Source: Sedimentisphaerales bacterium
GTDB taxonomy: Bacteria; Planctomycetota; Phycisphaerae; Sedimentisphaerales; SM23-30
DNA: 64,000 bases
Assembly (NCBI GenBank): GCA_963663965.2
Contig: CAXXFK010000007.1
Span: forward strand, 139,517 to 203,516
Direction: 5' to 3'
Below, piece after piece: positions 41,949-50,738 of the stretch. The notes beneath the pieces were generated by a model, which was not told the origin of the DNA, did not search any database, and was given only the letters and a program-made list of their open reading frames with translations. Position numbers and translations under genes: made by a program. Within the stretch, counting starts at the first letter, position 1. Every line of letters starts with the position of its first letter.

Positions 41949-41977
41949 ATGATACGTCAGGGGGCTTGATAAGTCAA
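41949..41977 (-). promoter_or_regulatory. Sigma70 promoter predicting a leaderless smpB mRNA
   Basis: TTGACT-N17-TATCAT, then only 6 nt before the ATG; no Shine-Dalgarno. Confidence 0.65.
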
Positions 41978-41984
41978 TGGCATA

Positions 41985-42012
41985 GAAAGGGCTGCCCGAA
42001 ACCGGACAGCCC
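41985..42012 (-). terminator. Intrinsic terminator after the 424-aa secreted protein
   Basis: Minus strand GGGCTGTCCG-GTTT-CGGGCAGCCC followed by TTTC. Confidence 0.7.
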
Positions 42013-42045
42013 TAACGTGTTTACAACTTTGTGTATATTAATCCG

Positions 42046-43320
42046 TTAGTCTGTTTTTCGTTTGGCTTCCACTTCACGTTCGCCCCGTTCGGTAATCCAC
42101 AGGCCTTTGAGGGTGTCACCATCGACCTGGCCTTTGAATTCCATGGTGAACTGGCGGTCGTTGAAGGATCGGGTGACTTTGAAAGCGACCTGGTTGCCAT
42201 CAATGGTCAGCTCATCCACCGGGGTTTCGTTTTCGCGCATGGAATAGGTGGCGGTTTTATCGGGGTTGATTTTCAGAATGCTGGTGAAGGTGCCCCGATC
42301 AGAAACCCGGGTAAATTCCCAGGAACCAACGGCGGAGCCGGCCGACAGGATTTTTTTACCGGTGACTTTATTAGTGCCGCGGGACGTGACCATTTCTCCG
42401 GTCATGGTTTTGCCGTCTAGTTTGCCGGAGAAGTTCATTTCGAAGGTTCGATCGCCAGTTCCAAAGACAATCTGGAAGGTGACCTGGTTGTCCTGGAGCT
42501 TGAGTTCGATGGGCATTTCACTGCCGAAAAATTCATAGCGGCCGGACAGGTCGGGCAGAACCCGAAGGTTCTGGGTACGGGGGCCGAATTCTGATTCTGT
42601 GGTCAGTTCCCAGTTGCCGATGAGATCCGCACCGAAACGGGCGCCGGTTACCGGGATTTCACCCATGGCGGTCTGGAGGGCGCCGGTTAAATCGTTGCCG
42701 TTAACTTTGGCAGTAAAAGTGGATTCAAATTCCTGGTCCTGGATTTTGATTTTACGGTTAATGGTGAGGGTGTCATTTTCGTAAGTAACCTTGGTGACGG
42801 TGCTTTCGCCATAATCGGCGACCCATTGGGCGTCGAGAGCGCCATCGGGTTTCTGGGAGACGACAGTTCTGGCGGTCATTTCGCGGTCGCGGATGTTGAA
42901 CTTGAGGTCCCAGACGCCAACGGCGGGAGCGAGGGGTTTGGCGCGCGCGCCAGTGGCCTGCAATTCGCCTTGAGGAGTGGAGAAGGTGATATTGAGTTTG
43001 TCGCCGGCGAGGGTGGCGGTGTAGTTGGTGGTGAATTCGCGGTCGCCCATGGTGCGTACTATATCGAAGGTGAGTTTATCGGCTTCGAATTTGACATTGG
43101 ACAGATCGGTCGAGCCCCACTGGCCGGCATAGGATCCGTCGCTGTTCTTAGCGATGGTCAGGGTGGCGTACATGGGGCGGCCGCCGAAGTCCATGGTGAT
43201 GTCCCATGAGCCGGTGACGGACTGGGCGGACAGGTTGGTGGTAAGTCCTGCGAGGGTGGCGAGCAGGAGACAGATAAGACAAAATTTTGTTACGGATTCG
43301 GGTCGGTGGGAATTCTGCAT
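42046..43320 (-). CDS. Secreted protein with four tandem ~95-aa GxW beta-rich repeats
   Basis: Signal peptide (LSA|Q); repeats start GSWDITM, GVWDLKF, GNWELTT and GSWEFTR, and each has a late (L/V)xG(D/N/K)x(L/M) motif. Confidence 0.8.
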   Translation of the reverse strand: MQNSHRPESVTKFCLICLLLATLAGLTTNLSAQSVTGSWDITMDFGGRPMYATLTIAKNSDGSYAGQWGSTDLSNVKFEADKLTFDIVRTMGDREFTTNYTATLAGDKLNITFSTPQGELQATGARAKPLAPAVGVWDLKFNIRDREMTARTVVSQKPDGALDAQWVADYGESTVTKVTYENDTLTINRKIKIQDQEFESTFTAKVNGNDLTGALQTAMGEIPVTGARFGADLIGNWELTTESEFGPRTQNLRVLPDLSGRYEFFGSEMPIELKLQDNQVTFQIVFGTGDRTFEMNFSGKLDGKTMTGEMVTSRGTNKVTGKKILSAGSAVGSWEFTRVSDRGTFTSILKINPDKTATYSMRENETPVDELTIDGNQVAFKVTRSFNDRQFTMEFKGQVDGDTLKGLWITERGEREVEAKRKTD

Positions 43321-43496
43321 GATTTACGCTCCTGTGAGTGGGGGGCCGATTTGGTTGAGAAAAAACAGGTGACTAACCATTTACCCTACTTTAAGGCGGG
43401 TATTGTGTCAATTGTGATTCATGTAAAAATAATGTAACGCACCATGGGCTGGGCAGACCGGGCGGCAAGGATGGAGTTGTTAGATCGAAAGTGAAC

Positions 43497-43937
43497 AATG
43501 GCTTCGTTTGGCAACTGGCCAAGGGGGGGCAGGTGGGTAATATTGATGCTCAAGAAATATGGCGGCCCGGTTGGCGGCGGTGATAGGTATTTTGAAGAGC
43601 AGTACAATACGGCATTTGCTGCAAATATTATTGAGGTAAAGGGAGGTTGTTTTCTAGCAGTAAGGTGTTTATTTACAGCTTATTGCGCGATAAAAAATTT
43701 GTAATGGGTTCGTTTGGTCTGGATGGGGGCAGGAAGGTACGGGGGGGGTTAGGTGAAAAGTGAACCATGGCTTCGTTTGGCGCTTGACCGGCTGGGTGTC
43801 GTGGGATGATTGATGTCGCTAATTGGGCGGCCCAATTATATTCATATTTCAAAGAGCAATTGAATTTTAATTTTTTGCAAACTGATGGATTAAAAACAAC
43901 CCGCTTATATTTTAGGGAATAATTTTGTAATAGTCAA
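43497..43937 (-). ncRNA. Candidate non-coding transcription unit, copy 2, with internal duplication
   Basis: Minus strand: TTGACT-N17-TAAAAT (43937-43909), TGCTCTTTGAAA (43858-43847), GGGCCGCCCA (43833-43824), ACGAA(G/C)CCAT at 43776 and 43713, second boxA-like GCTCTTCAAAA (43600-43590), GGGCCGCCAT (43568), ACGAAGCCATT (43507). Confidence 0.5.
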
Positions 43938-44200
43938 ACATAATGATAAATATAATGATTTTGCAACAAAGTCTGGGCGGCCCTTGCGAAGGCAAAATAA
44001 GTTTGACGAGAGTGGGTTCTGAGGTAAACTTTTATTTCATATATGGTTTGATGAGATAATGTCTGGACTATTGATGGCCAAATAACTTTGAGAGGAGGTG
44101 TGGCAATAAAGAGTATCGGGGTGAGAAGGCACTAGTTTTGAGATTATCCACTATTCGAGATGGGAAAATAACACTACATGACACTATTTATGTCGAAACT

Positions 44201-44296
44201 AAAGTTGAAAAATTGATTATGAAATTACCGGAATACCCCACTGCTCTCATTTCGGCGGCGGTGACGGGGAAGATTGTTGCGAGGAACAACTCATGA
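44201..44296 (+). pseudogene. hsdS: C-terminal remnant of a type I restriction-modification specificity subunit
   Basis: Reads KVEKLIMKLPEYPTALISAAVTGKIVARNNS*, resembling the typical HsdS end (L.EYRTALISAAVTGKID.R). The stop overlaps the next ATG (ATGA). Confidence 0.7.
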
Positions 44297-45759
44297 GCGC
44301 AGGCCAATCGTGCATTTATCAAATTAGTCTTGTCGAAGAATTCTGCAAGTTGCCGAATGAAACCGAATGGCTGGAATTCAAAGTTAATAACTCTTCTCCG
44401 GATGAGATTGGCGAATATATCTCGGCCTTAAGCAATGCAGCCGCTCTGTATCAGAAAGCCAATGGTTATCTGATTTGGGGGATTGAGAATGGCACTCATC
44501 GGGTAGTGGGCACAACGTTTAATCCTCAAAGCGCCCAAAAGGGCAATGAGTCGCTGATAAATTGGTTGTCGCATATGCTGAATCCTCGTTTAAGAATAGC
44601 TTTTTTCGCATTTGAATATAAGGAGAAACCCGTAGTCTTATTAGAAGTGCCAAGGGCAACTGAAAAGCCAACGCAGTTTTCTGGAACGGAATATATTCGA
44701 GTTGGATCTTATCAAAAAAGGCTGAAGGATTATCCTAAGATTGAGCGTGATCTGTGGCGGATATTCGATACCAAGACTTTTGAAGACATGATCGCAAAGG
44801 AAAGGGTCGATGCGGACCAGGTACTCGCATTACTCGATTACCCTAATTATTTTGATTTATTGTCACAGCCTTTACCATCTGGTCGAGATAAGATTCTGGA
44901 TAGTTTTGCCAATGACCGATTAATTATAAGAAATCCAGCGGGGAATTGGGACATAACCAATCTGGGAGCCATCCTTTTCGCCAAGAATCTGGATGCGTTT
45001 AAAGGTCTCGACCGAAAGGCTGTTCGCGTTATCTTATATGAGGGCGCAGGACGAATAAAAACCATTCGAGAGCAGGAAGGGCGTAGGGGGTATGCGTCCG
45101 GTTTTGAGGGATTAGTCGATTATGTTAATGCATTGTTGCCCAGGAACGAGGTTGTGGGCAAAGCATTGAGAAAAGATGTGCCAATGTATCCCGAGCCAGC
45201 TATTCGCGAATTAGTGGCCAATGCTTTGATTCATCAGGATTTTTCTTTAACTGGATGCGGACCAATGATCGAGATATTTTCAGATCGAATGGAAATTACC
45301 AATCCAGGTAATCCATTGGTAAGAACCGAGCGATTTCTGGATACTCCACCCCGTTCAAGAAATGAAACGCTTGCGTCTCTGATGCGCCGAGCAGGGATTT
45401 GTGAAGAGCGCGGCAGTGGTGTCGATAAAGTTGTTTTTCAAACAGAATTTTATCAATTACCGGCCCCGCTATTTGAGGCACTGGAGGATCATACCCGAGC
45501 AGTTCTATTTGCCCATAAGGAATTTAATGATATGGATAGTGCGGAGCGCATTCGGGCTTGTTATCTTCATGCTTGTTTGCGATATGTTGGGCGTAATCCG
45601 ATGACGAATTCAAGTCTGAGAGAACGATTTGGGATCGAAGAGCATAACAGTGCAATTGCTTCGCGGATTATTCGTGACACAATAGCGGCAAAACTGATTA
45701 TGCCTTATAATCCAGATCAAGGAAAGAAATATGCCAAATATGTACCATTCTGGGCCTGA
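44293..45759 (+). CDS. AlbA_2 (Schlafen-like) + HATPase_c_4 ATP-binding protein with C-terminal wHTH
   Basis: ETEWLEFK...ISALSN...GYLIWGI, AIRELVANALIHQD, EITNPG, SRNE.LA..MRR.GICEERGSG. Confidence 0.88.
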   Translation: MSAGQSCIYQISLVEEFCKLPNETEWLEFKVNNSSPDEIGEYISALSNAAALYQKANGYLIWGIENGTHRVVGTTFNPQSAQKGNESLINWLSHMLNPRLRIAFFAFEYKEKPVVLLEVPRATEKPTQFSGTEYIRVGSYQKRLKDYPKIERDLWRIFDTKTFEDMIAKERVDADQVLALLDYPNYFDLLSQPLPSGRDKILDSFANDRLIIRNPAGNWDITNLGAILFAKNLDAFKGLDRKAVRVILYEGAGRIKTIREQEGRRGYASGFEGLVDYVNALLPRNEVVGKALRKDVPMYPEPAIRELVANALIHQDFSLTGCGPMIEIFSDRMEITNPGNPLVRTERFLDTPPRSRNETLASLMRRAGICEERGSGVDKVVFQTEFYQLPAPLFEALEDHTRAVLFAHKEFNDMDSAERIRACYLHACLRYVGRNPMTNSSLRERFGIEEHNSAIASRIIRDTIAAKLIMPYNPDQGKKYAKYVPFWA

Positions 45760-45772
45760 CAATAAGTTTTAA

Positions 45773-45893
45773 CTTATTTGACGGTTATTTGATGGGATGG
45801 GGTAAAAATAGAAGAGTTTTAAACCAGCTAAAATCACAACTGTATATATTAAAAGACGTTATGGCTTCAAATCTTATTTGATAGTTATTTGAT
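45773..45893 (+). repeat. Two 21-bp direct repeats 100 bp apart, each with two TTATTTGA units
   Basis: CTTATTTGACGGTTATTTGAT (45773) and CTTATTTGATAGTTATTTGAT (45873). Confidence 0.85.
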
Positions 45894-46054
45894 TATGTCG
45901 CAGTAAATTAAATAAAAGTGTTTTGAGGCTCAAATTCGGAAGGCAATTAGCTAGAAGGGGTGATTGGGGGTGGAATTATCACGCTGGGACATCGTGCGGT
46001 GGTGATTATGGTGGGCATGGGACTTATGAAAGGGAATATTGGTGAAGATAGTTA

Positions 46055-47882
46055 GAGCCTGTCCGTAGCTTTAACCCTATAGATTTCAAAAGATTATGTA
46101 AAAGAGTCGGAGTTATAGCGTGCTATTTTGGGTCAAAACCGTAAAATAGGTGTGTTATAAAATGTTTTGCGAATCATTTTTCCTTTAAAAAGGGAACACA
46201 CCTATGCCAGAGATTTTACCCGTTCAGCAGTTGTTTGACAAAGGTATTCCGGAAGAATTTGGCTGTCTGGAGTATCGCCAGGAACGCCAGCAGTTGCTGG
46301 CCATGGACCAGCTCATCCGCCACAGCGATCTGGAGCAGTTGTTTCTCCAGTATTTTCTCGACAAAGCTTACGCTGAAATGGCCATCGAGCACTTTGGCAC
46401 TGACACGCCGGTTAAATTAACCCATACGGATCGCATGAATATTCGTGCCCAGGCCGTTTGGGCGTTACGGATGTCGATCCTGCGTAAGCGGCTGGGTTTG
46501 TCGTTGCGTAAATTTGCCGTGGCCTTGTCTCATAGCGAACTGTATCAGTGGTTTTGCGGCATTAACCGCTTTGATCTGCCTCGGATCCCCGGCAAAACCA
46601 GAATCAACGAGTTGGAAAACGCGCTTTCGCCTCAGTTAATCGCTCAGGCGGAAGAACTGTTTTTTCAAGTGGCCCAGGGTTCGGTTGTTTTGGAGGCCCC
46701 CCTGGATTTCAGTCAGGCTTATTTTGACTGTACCTGCATTGGCGCCCACATTCATTATCCGATCGACTGGCTGCTGTTTAGAGATGCGACCCGTACCTTG
46801 ATGAAGGCGACGGCCCGTATTCGTAAAGCCGGGATCCTGTGTCGCATGCCTTGCGAGCCGGCTAAGTTTATTTCAAACATGAATAAGCTCTGCATGGAGA
46901 TGACCTATGTTAACCGCAAAAAGGGCGCGAAAAAACTGCGTAAAGCGGTTTTGCGAAAGATGAAAAAACTGATCCGGCGGGTCTTGAATCATGCGGAAAA
47001 TCATCTGAAAAACCTGGAAAACCACTGGAAAAAGGCCGATATCGCTCTCGGTTCCGTCCGGCAAATCGTCAAACAGATTACCGGCGTGACCTGTCAGTTG
47101 GCCGCCGTGGTCAGGCAGGCTCACGAACGCATGATCGGCGAACGCAAGGTTGCCAATCCAGACAAGATCTTGAGCCTTTACGAGCCGGATATCCATGTGA
47201 TCGTGCGCCGCAAGGCCGGCGCGGAGACGGAATTTGGCAACCAACTTTATCTGGCCGAACAATCCAATGGCTTAATCATGGACTGGAAGTTATTTCGTCA
47301 GCAAGGTCCCAGCGATGAAAAAATGCTTAAAGCCAGCCACCGGCGTATGGAAGAGAAGCTTGGTAATCAAGTCAAGCTGTTGGCCGGCGATCGGGGCTTC
47401 GACAGCGCCGGGAATCGCCAATACATGGAAAGTCACGATATTTTTAATGCGGTTTGTCCGCTCAGCCCGGCCTTGCTGAAGGAAAGGCTTCAGGAAGAGC
47501 CGTTCCGGCAGGCTCAGACTCGCCGCAGTCAGACCGAAGCCCGAATCAGCATCCTGAGCCATGGTTTTTGCGGGGCGCCCATGAAACAAAAAGGCTTTGA
47601 TCACCGCCAAGTCCATATGGGCCTGAGCATTTTATCGCACAACCTCTGGGTATTGGCCAGAATTAAGCTGGCTCAAGAGGAAGAACGGGAAAAAGAACGA
47701 CAAAAAGTGGCTTAAAACCACCCCGGCTTGCCCTGTTTATGGGGCTACTATGCGCAGAAATCGGAAAATCACCCGCTGAACGAAAATAACCTGGACACCA
47801 GCCGTCATCTACTGATGATACGATTCAAAATCAGTCCTCCCAAAACCGCGGCTCACAAAATCCAAGAATTGCGGACAGGCTC
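46055..47882 (+). mobile_element. Complete insertion sequence (IS5-like/ISNCY-type DDE), 1,828 bp
   Basis: Terminal inverted repeats GAGCCTGTCCG (46055) / CGGACAGGCTC (ends 47882); 6-bp target-site duplication TAGTTA at 46049-46054 and 47883-47888. Confidence 0.92.
46204..47715 (+). CDS. DDE transposase
   Basis: YFDCT...IHYPID, KILSLYEP...TEFG, AGDRGF, RRSQTEARIS. Confidence 0.9.
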   Translation: MPEILPVQQLFDKGIPEEFGCLEYRQERQQLLAMDQLIRHSDLEQLFLQYFLDKAYAEMAIEHFGTDTPVKLTHTDRMNIRAQAVWALRMSILRKRLGLSLRKFAVALSHSELYQWFCGINRFDLPRIPGKTRINELENALSPQLIAQAEELFFQVAQGSVVLEAPLDFSQAYFDCTCIGAHIHYPIDWLLFRDATRTLMKATARIRKAGILCRMPCEPAKFISNMNKLCMEMTYVNRKKGAKKLRKAVLRKMKKLIRRVLNHAENHLKNLENHWKKADIALGSVRQIVKQITGVTCQLAAVVRQAHERMIGERKVANPDKILSLYEPDIHVIVRRKAGAETEFGNQLYLAEQSNGLIMDWKLFRQQGPSDEKMLKASHRRMEEKLGNQVKLLAGDRGFDSAGNRQYMESHDIFNAVCPLSPALLKERLQEEPFRQAQTRRSQTEARISILSHGFCGAPMKQKGFDHRQVHMGLSILSHNLWVLARIKLAQEEEREKERQKVA

Positions 47883-48059
47883 TAGTTACTTGTTTATCGG
47901 CGGTTGTTGGGCTGGGCCGGCTGCGGGTATGGTTTGTAATCTATTGTAATAAATATAGTTATATGTTGTTTGGGCCGGTTATGGTGTGATTTGGGGGCAA
48001 TGGGCGGGCAAGGGTGTTGGTGGATTAAAAGGGGGGGATTTTTGGAATTAACGAAAAAT

Positions 48060-48086
48060 GGTTAACAAATGGGGGGTTGATTCGTC
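48060..48086 (+). promoter_or_regulatory. Putative ECF-sigma autoregulatory promoter
   Basis: GGTTAAC-N16-CGTC upstream of the ECF gene; the same motif occurs at 49392. Confidence 0.7.
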
Positions 48087-48118
48087 ATAATAGATAGAAA
48101 GCCGTATAATAGGATATT

Positions 48119-48685
48119 ATGATTGCGAAATCGATAGCTCAGCAGCTCATTTTTGACCTGACCGGCGATGTGGAGTCGTCGTGCAGCCAGGGGTGGGTCT
48201 TGGTAGCGATGCATCAGCATGGCCGGGCATTGATCGATATGTTGTGGCGGATTCTGGGTAACGAAGAGGATGTCTGTGACGCGTATCAGGATACGTTTTT
48301 CCGGCTGGCCCATGTGAAAGAGGGTCAGAAGCCGGATCATATCAAGGCGTATCTGTTTCGTACGGCCAGTAATACGGCGATATCGATTATCCGGCAGAAG
48401 AACCAGTTTAACAAGGCGCGTGAACGGATCGCGGACCGTGAACGGGGCCGAACGGTGATGGATGGAAGCGGGGAACTGGAACTTGAGGAGATCCGGGAGC
48501 GGTTGCGCGAACGGATCGCGCAATTGCCCGATCATTTGCGCGAGGTGGTTGTGTTGCGGGATCTGGCGGAGATTCCGTATCGTCAGATCAGCCGGATTTT
48601 AGGGATATCCCAGGGAACCGCGCGGGTGTACCGGCGCCGTGCGATCGTACAGCTTGGTACGATGATGGCGGATTACCGGACCTAG
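48119..48685 (+). CDS. ECF RNA polymerase sigma factor
   Basis: Region 2 (DVCDAYQDTF...AYLFRTASN) and region 4 (LPDHLREVVVLRD...ISRILGISQGTAR). Confidence 0.92.
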   Translation: MIAKSIAQQLIFDLTGDVESSCSQGWVLVAMHQHGRALIDMLWRILGNEEDVCDAYQDTFFRLAHVKEGQKPDHIKAYLFRTASNTAISIIRQKNQFNKARERIADRERGRTVMDGSGELELEEIRERLRERIAQLPDHLREVVVLRDLAEIPYRQISRILGISQGTARVYRRRAIVQLGTMMADYRT

Positions 48686-48726
48686 CCAACGGGAGAGTTA
48701 AGAGCGACCAGAACAGGATAAAAGAC

Positions 48727-49233
48727 ATGTTTAACGCAAAAATGAAACAGACCGATTACTGCAAGCAGATCCGAGACGGCCTGGCCGACAGCGCCGGATT
48801 TTCGACAAGCACCCCGAATGGCTGGCTGGCCGGCCATGTGGCCCGGTGTGCCCGATGTCAGGGGAGGCTTCAGGGCTTCAACCGGGTCTCGCTGGGATTA
48901 TCCTTATTGAAGAATCAGCGCCATTCGGTTGATTTGCTGGCGCGCGCCAATAAGAAAACCCTGCGTTATCTGAAGAACAATGTGCGCGAGACGGCCAGCG
49001 CGATCGATTTGAGCCAGGCTATGCCGGAGCCCGGTCTGGTGGGGAAATTCCATCGCTATGGCAATGCCGTATCCAACGCGGCGGCCTGTCTGTTTATGGC
49101 GTTGCTGCTGAAAACGGGGATTTATCATTCCATTACCCAAACCCAGCGTGATGGGGATGAGACGATTAAAGGGCTTTATGCCAAGAATCTGGATGCCAAC
49201 AGTCAGACGTTCAAGGATATTTTTAATTGTTGA
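48727..49233 (+). CDS. Zinc-binding (ZAS-type) transmembrane anti-sigma factor
   Basis: HVARCARC (HxxxCxxC), single TM (AAACLFMALLL); directly follows the ECF gene. Confidence 0.78.
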   Translation: MFNAKMKQTDYCKQIRDGLADSAGFSTSTPNGWLAGHVARCARCQGRLQGFNRVSLGLSLLKNQRHSVDLLARANKKTLRYLKNNVRETASAIDLSQAMPEPGLVGKFHRYGNAVSNAAACLFMALLLKTGIYHSITQTQRDGDETIKGLYAKNLDANSQTFKDIFNC

Positions 49234-49391
49234 TTGAATAAGCGGTGAACTGAGGATAGAGAATGCAGGGCAGGGCGTGGGTGGTTTGCCGGTTGGATTG
49301 GGATTTTTCTCTGCTATGATCCTAAGGCGGCCATTGTTTCACCGAATTTGATACAAGAAAAAGAAGGCTTGAAAAAAATTATTGAGGATCG

Positions 49392-49418
49392 GGTTAACAG
49401 CGGTAATCTCATTTCGTC
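49392..49418 (+). promoter_or_regulatory. Putative ECF-sigma promoter of the gspE-like operon
   Basis: GGTTAAC-N16-CGTC followed by an ATAGAAA stretch also present after the 48060 copy. Confidence 0.7.
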
Positions 49419-49484
49419 TTAGTTTATAGAAACGCGTCCTTGACAGGATCGCAGGAAATTTAAAGTTTACGGCAAGAGCTAAGT

Positions 49485-50645
49485 ATGTTGTTTAATAAAT
49501 CCAATCCTTCTTCGGCCATTGTGGATATGACTCCGATCATCGGAGCGATTCTTGACCGGGCGATCGAAACCGGGGCCAGCGATATCCACTTTGAGCCGAC
49601 GCGCGGCGATATGCAGGTTAAATTCCGGCTGGATGGCTATTTAAATACGGTGGATACCATTGCGAAATCCTTATCGGAAAATATTGTCAGTCGTCTCAAG
49701 GTGATGGCCAATCTATTAACGTACCGGCATGACATTCCCCAGGAAGGGCGGTTGGAGGCCGGTCAGGTCGCGCGGGACGATCTGGTCGAGGTGCGGCTCA
49801 GTGTGTTTCCAACCGTGCACGGTCAGCGGGCGGTATTACGATTGTTTTTTGCCGATGACCGGTACGAGCAACTGGGGCAACTGGGATTGCCGGCGCTGAT
49901 TGTTGACCAGCTGGAAGCGATCGTTCAGCGGGCCCAGGGCGTGCTGCTGGTGACGGGTCCGGCCGGCAGCGGCAAGAGTACGACGCTGGCGGCGTTGTTG
50001 CGGCTGATTGTCAACGGACCGGGCGGCAAGAGTGTGATCGCGCTGGAAGATCCGGTAGAGAGGCATATTGACGGGGTGACCCAGATTCAGATCAACACGC
50101 GGGGGGAGTTGAATTATCCCACGGCGCTGCGTTCGTTGCTGCGTCAGGACCCGCAGGTGTTGATGGTGGGCGAAATTCGTGACGCGGAGACGGCGCGGAT
50201 TGTGGTTGAGGCGGGGTTGACCGGTCATCTGTTGTTGTCGACGATGCATAGCGGGACGCCGGCCCGGGCGTTGCTGCGACTGCTGGAAATGGGCATTGAG
50301 CCCTATCAGCTGACTTCCAGTATCGGCGCGGTGCTGAATCAGCGGCTGGTCCGCAAACTTTGTCCGCATTGTAAACAGAGTGACGATCCGGGCGGGGAAT
50401 GGAAGGCCGCGGGCTGCGACCAATGTTTGAATACGGGTTATCGCGGTCGCCATCCGCTGGCCGAACTGGTTGAAATAGATGGTGAATTACGGCAGGCGAT
50501 TCTGAGCCGGGCTGATGTGGATCAGTTTGAAACCCTCCTGGAACAGCGCGGACATATGAATTTGAAGCAAAACGCTCGGGCCCTGATGAGTCAGGGCATC
50601 ACAACCAAGGCGGAAATTGAAGCGTTGCTCCAGGAGAGTCAATAA
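49485..50645 (+). CDS. GspE/PilB-family assembly ATPase lacking the large N-terminal domain
   Basis: GASDIHFEP, GPAGSGKSTT, EDPVE, LRQDPQVLMVGEIRD, TGHLLLSTMH, tetra-Cys motif. Confidence 0.92.
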   Translation: MLFNKSNPSSAIVDMTPIIGAILDRAIETGASDIHFEPTRGDMQVKFRLDGYLNTVDTIAKSLSENIVSRLKVMANLLTYRHDIPQEGRLEAGQVARDDLVEVRLSVFPTVHGQRAVLRLFFADDRYEQLGQLGLPALIVDQLEAIVQRAQGVLLVTGPAGSGKSTTLAALLRLIVNGPGGKSVIALEDPVERHIDGVTQIQINTRGELNYPTALRSLLRQDPQVLMVGEIRDAETARIVVEAGLTGHLLLSTMHSGTPARALLRLLEMGIEPYQLTSSIGAVLNQRLVRKLCPHCKQSDDPGGEWKAAGCDQCLNTGYRGRHPLAELVEIDGELRQAILSRADVDQFETLLEQRGHMNLKQNARALMSQGITTKAEIEALLQESQ

Positions 50646-50738
50646 CCCCCCAGGAGTCATTAGCACTACTGTTTATATCAAGGCGTTTATGACGCCGGCG
50701 ATCAGAAATGACTGGCATTTTAATGCAGGAGTACGGAT

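Noticed and set aside
43419..43704. 62-aa and 68-aa ORFs in the intergenic element
   Set aside because: No RBS or recognisable coding signature; they overlap the repeat motifs.
43847..43937. Possible rRNA operon leader (strong promoter plus boxA)
   Set aside because: No 16S, 23S, 5S or tRNA sequence follows either boxA-like site.
41943..44290. tmRNA (ssrA) near smpB as an island integration site
   Set aside because: No tRNA-Ala-like ends or tag reading frame recognised.
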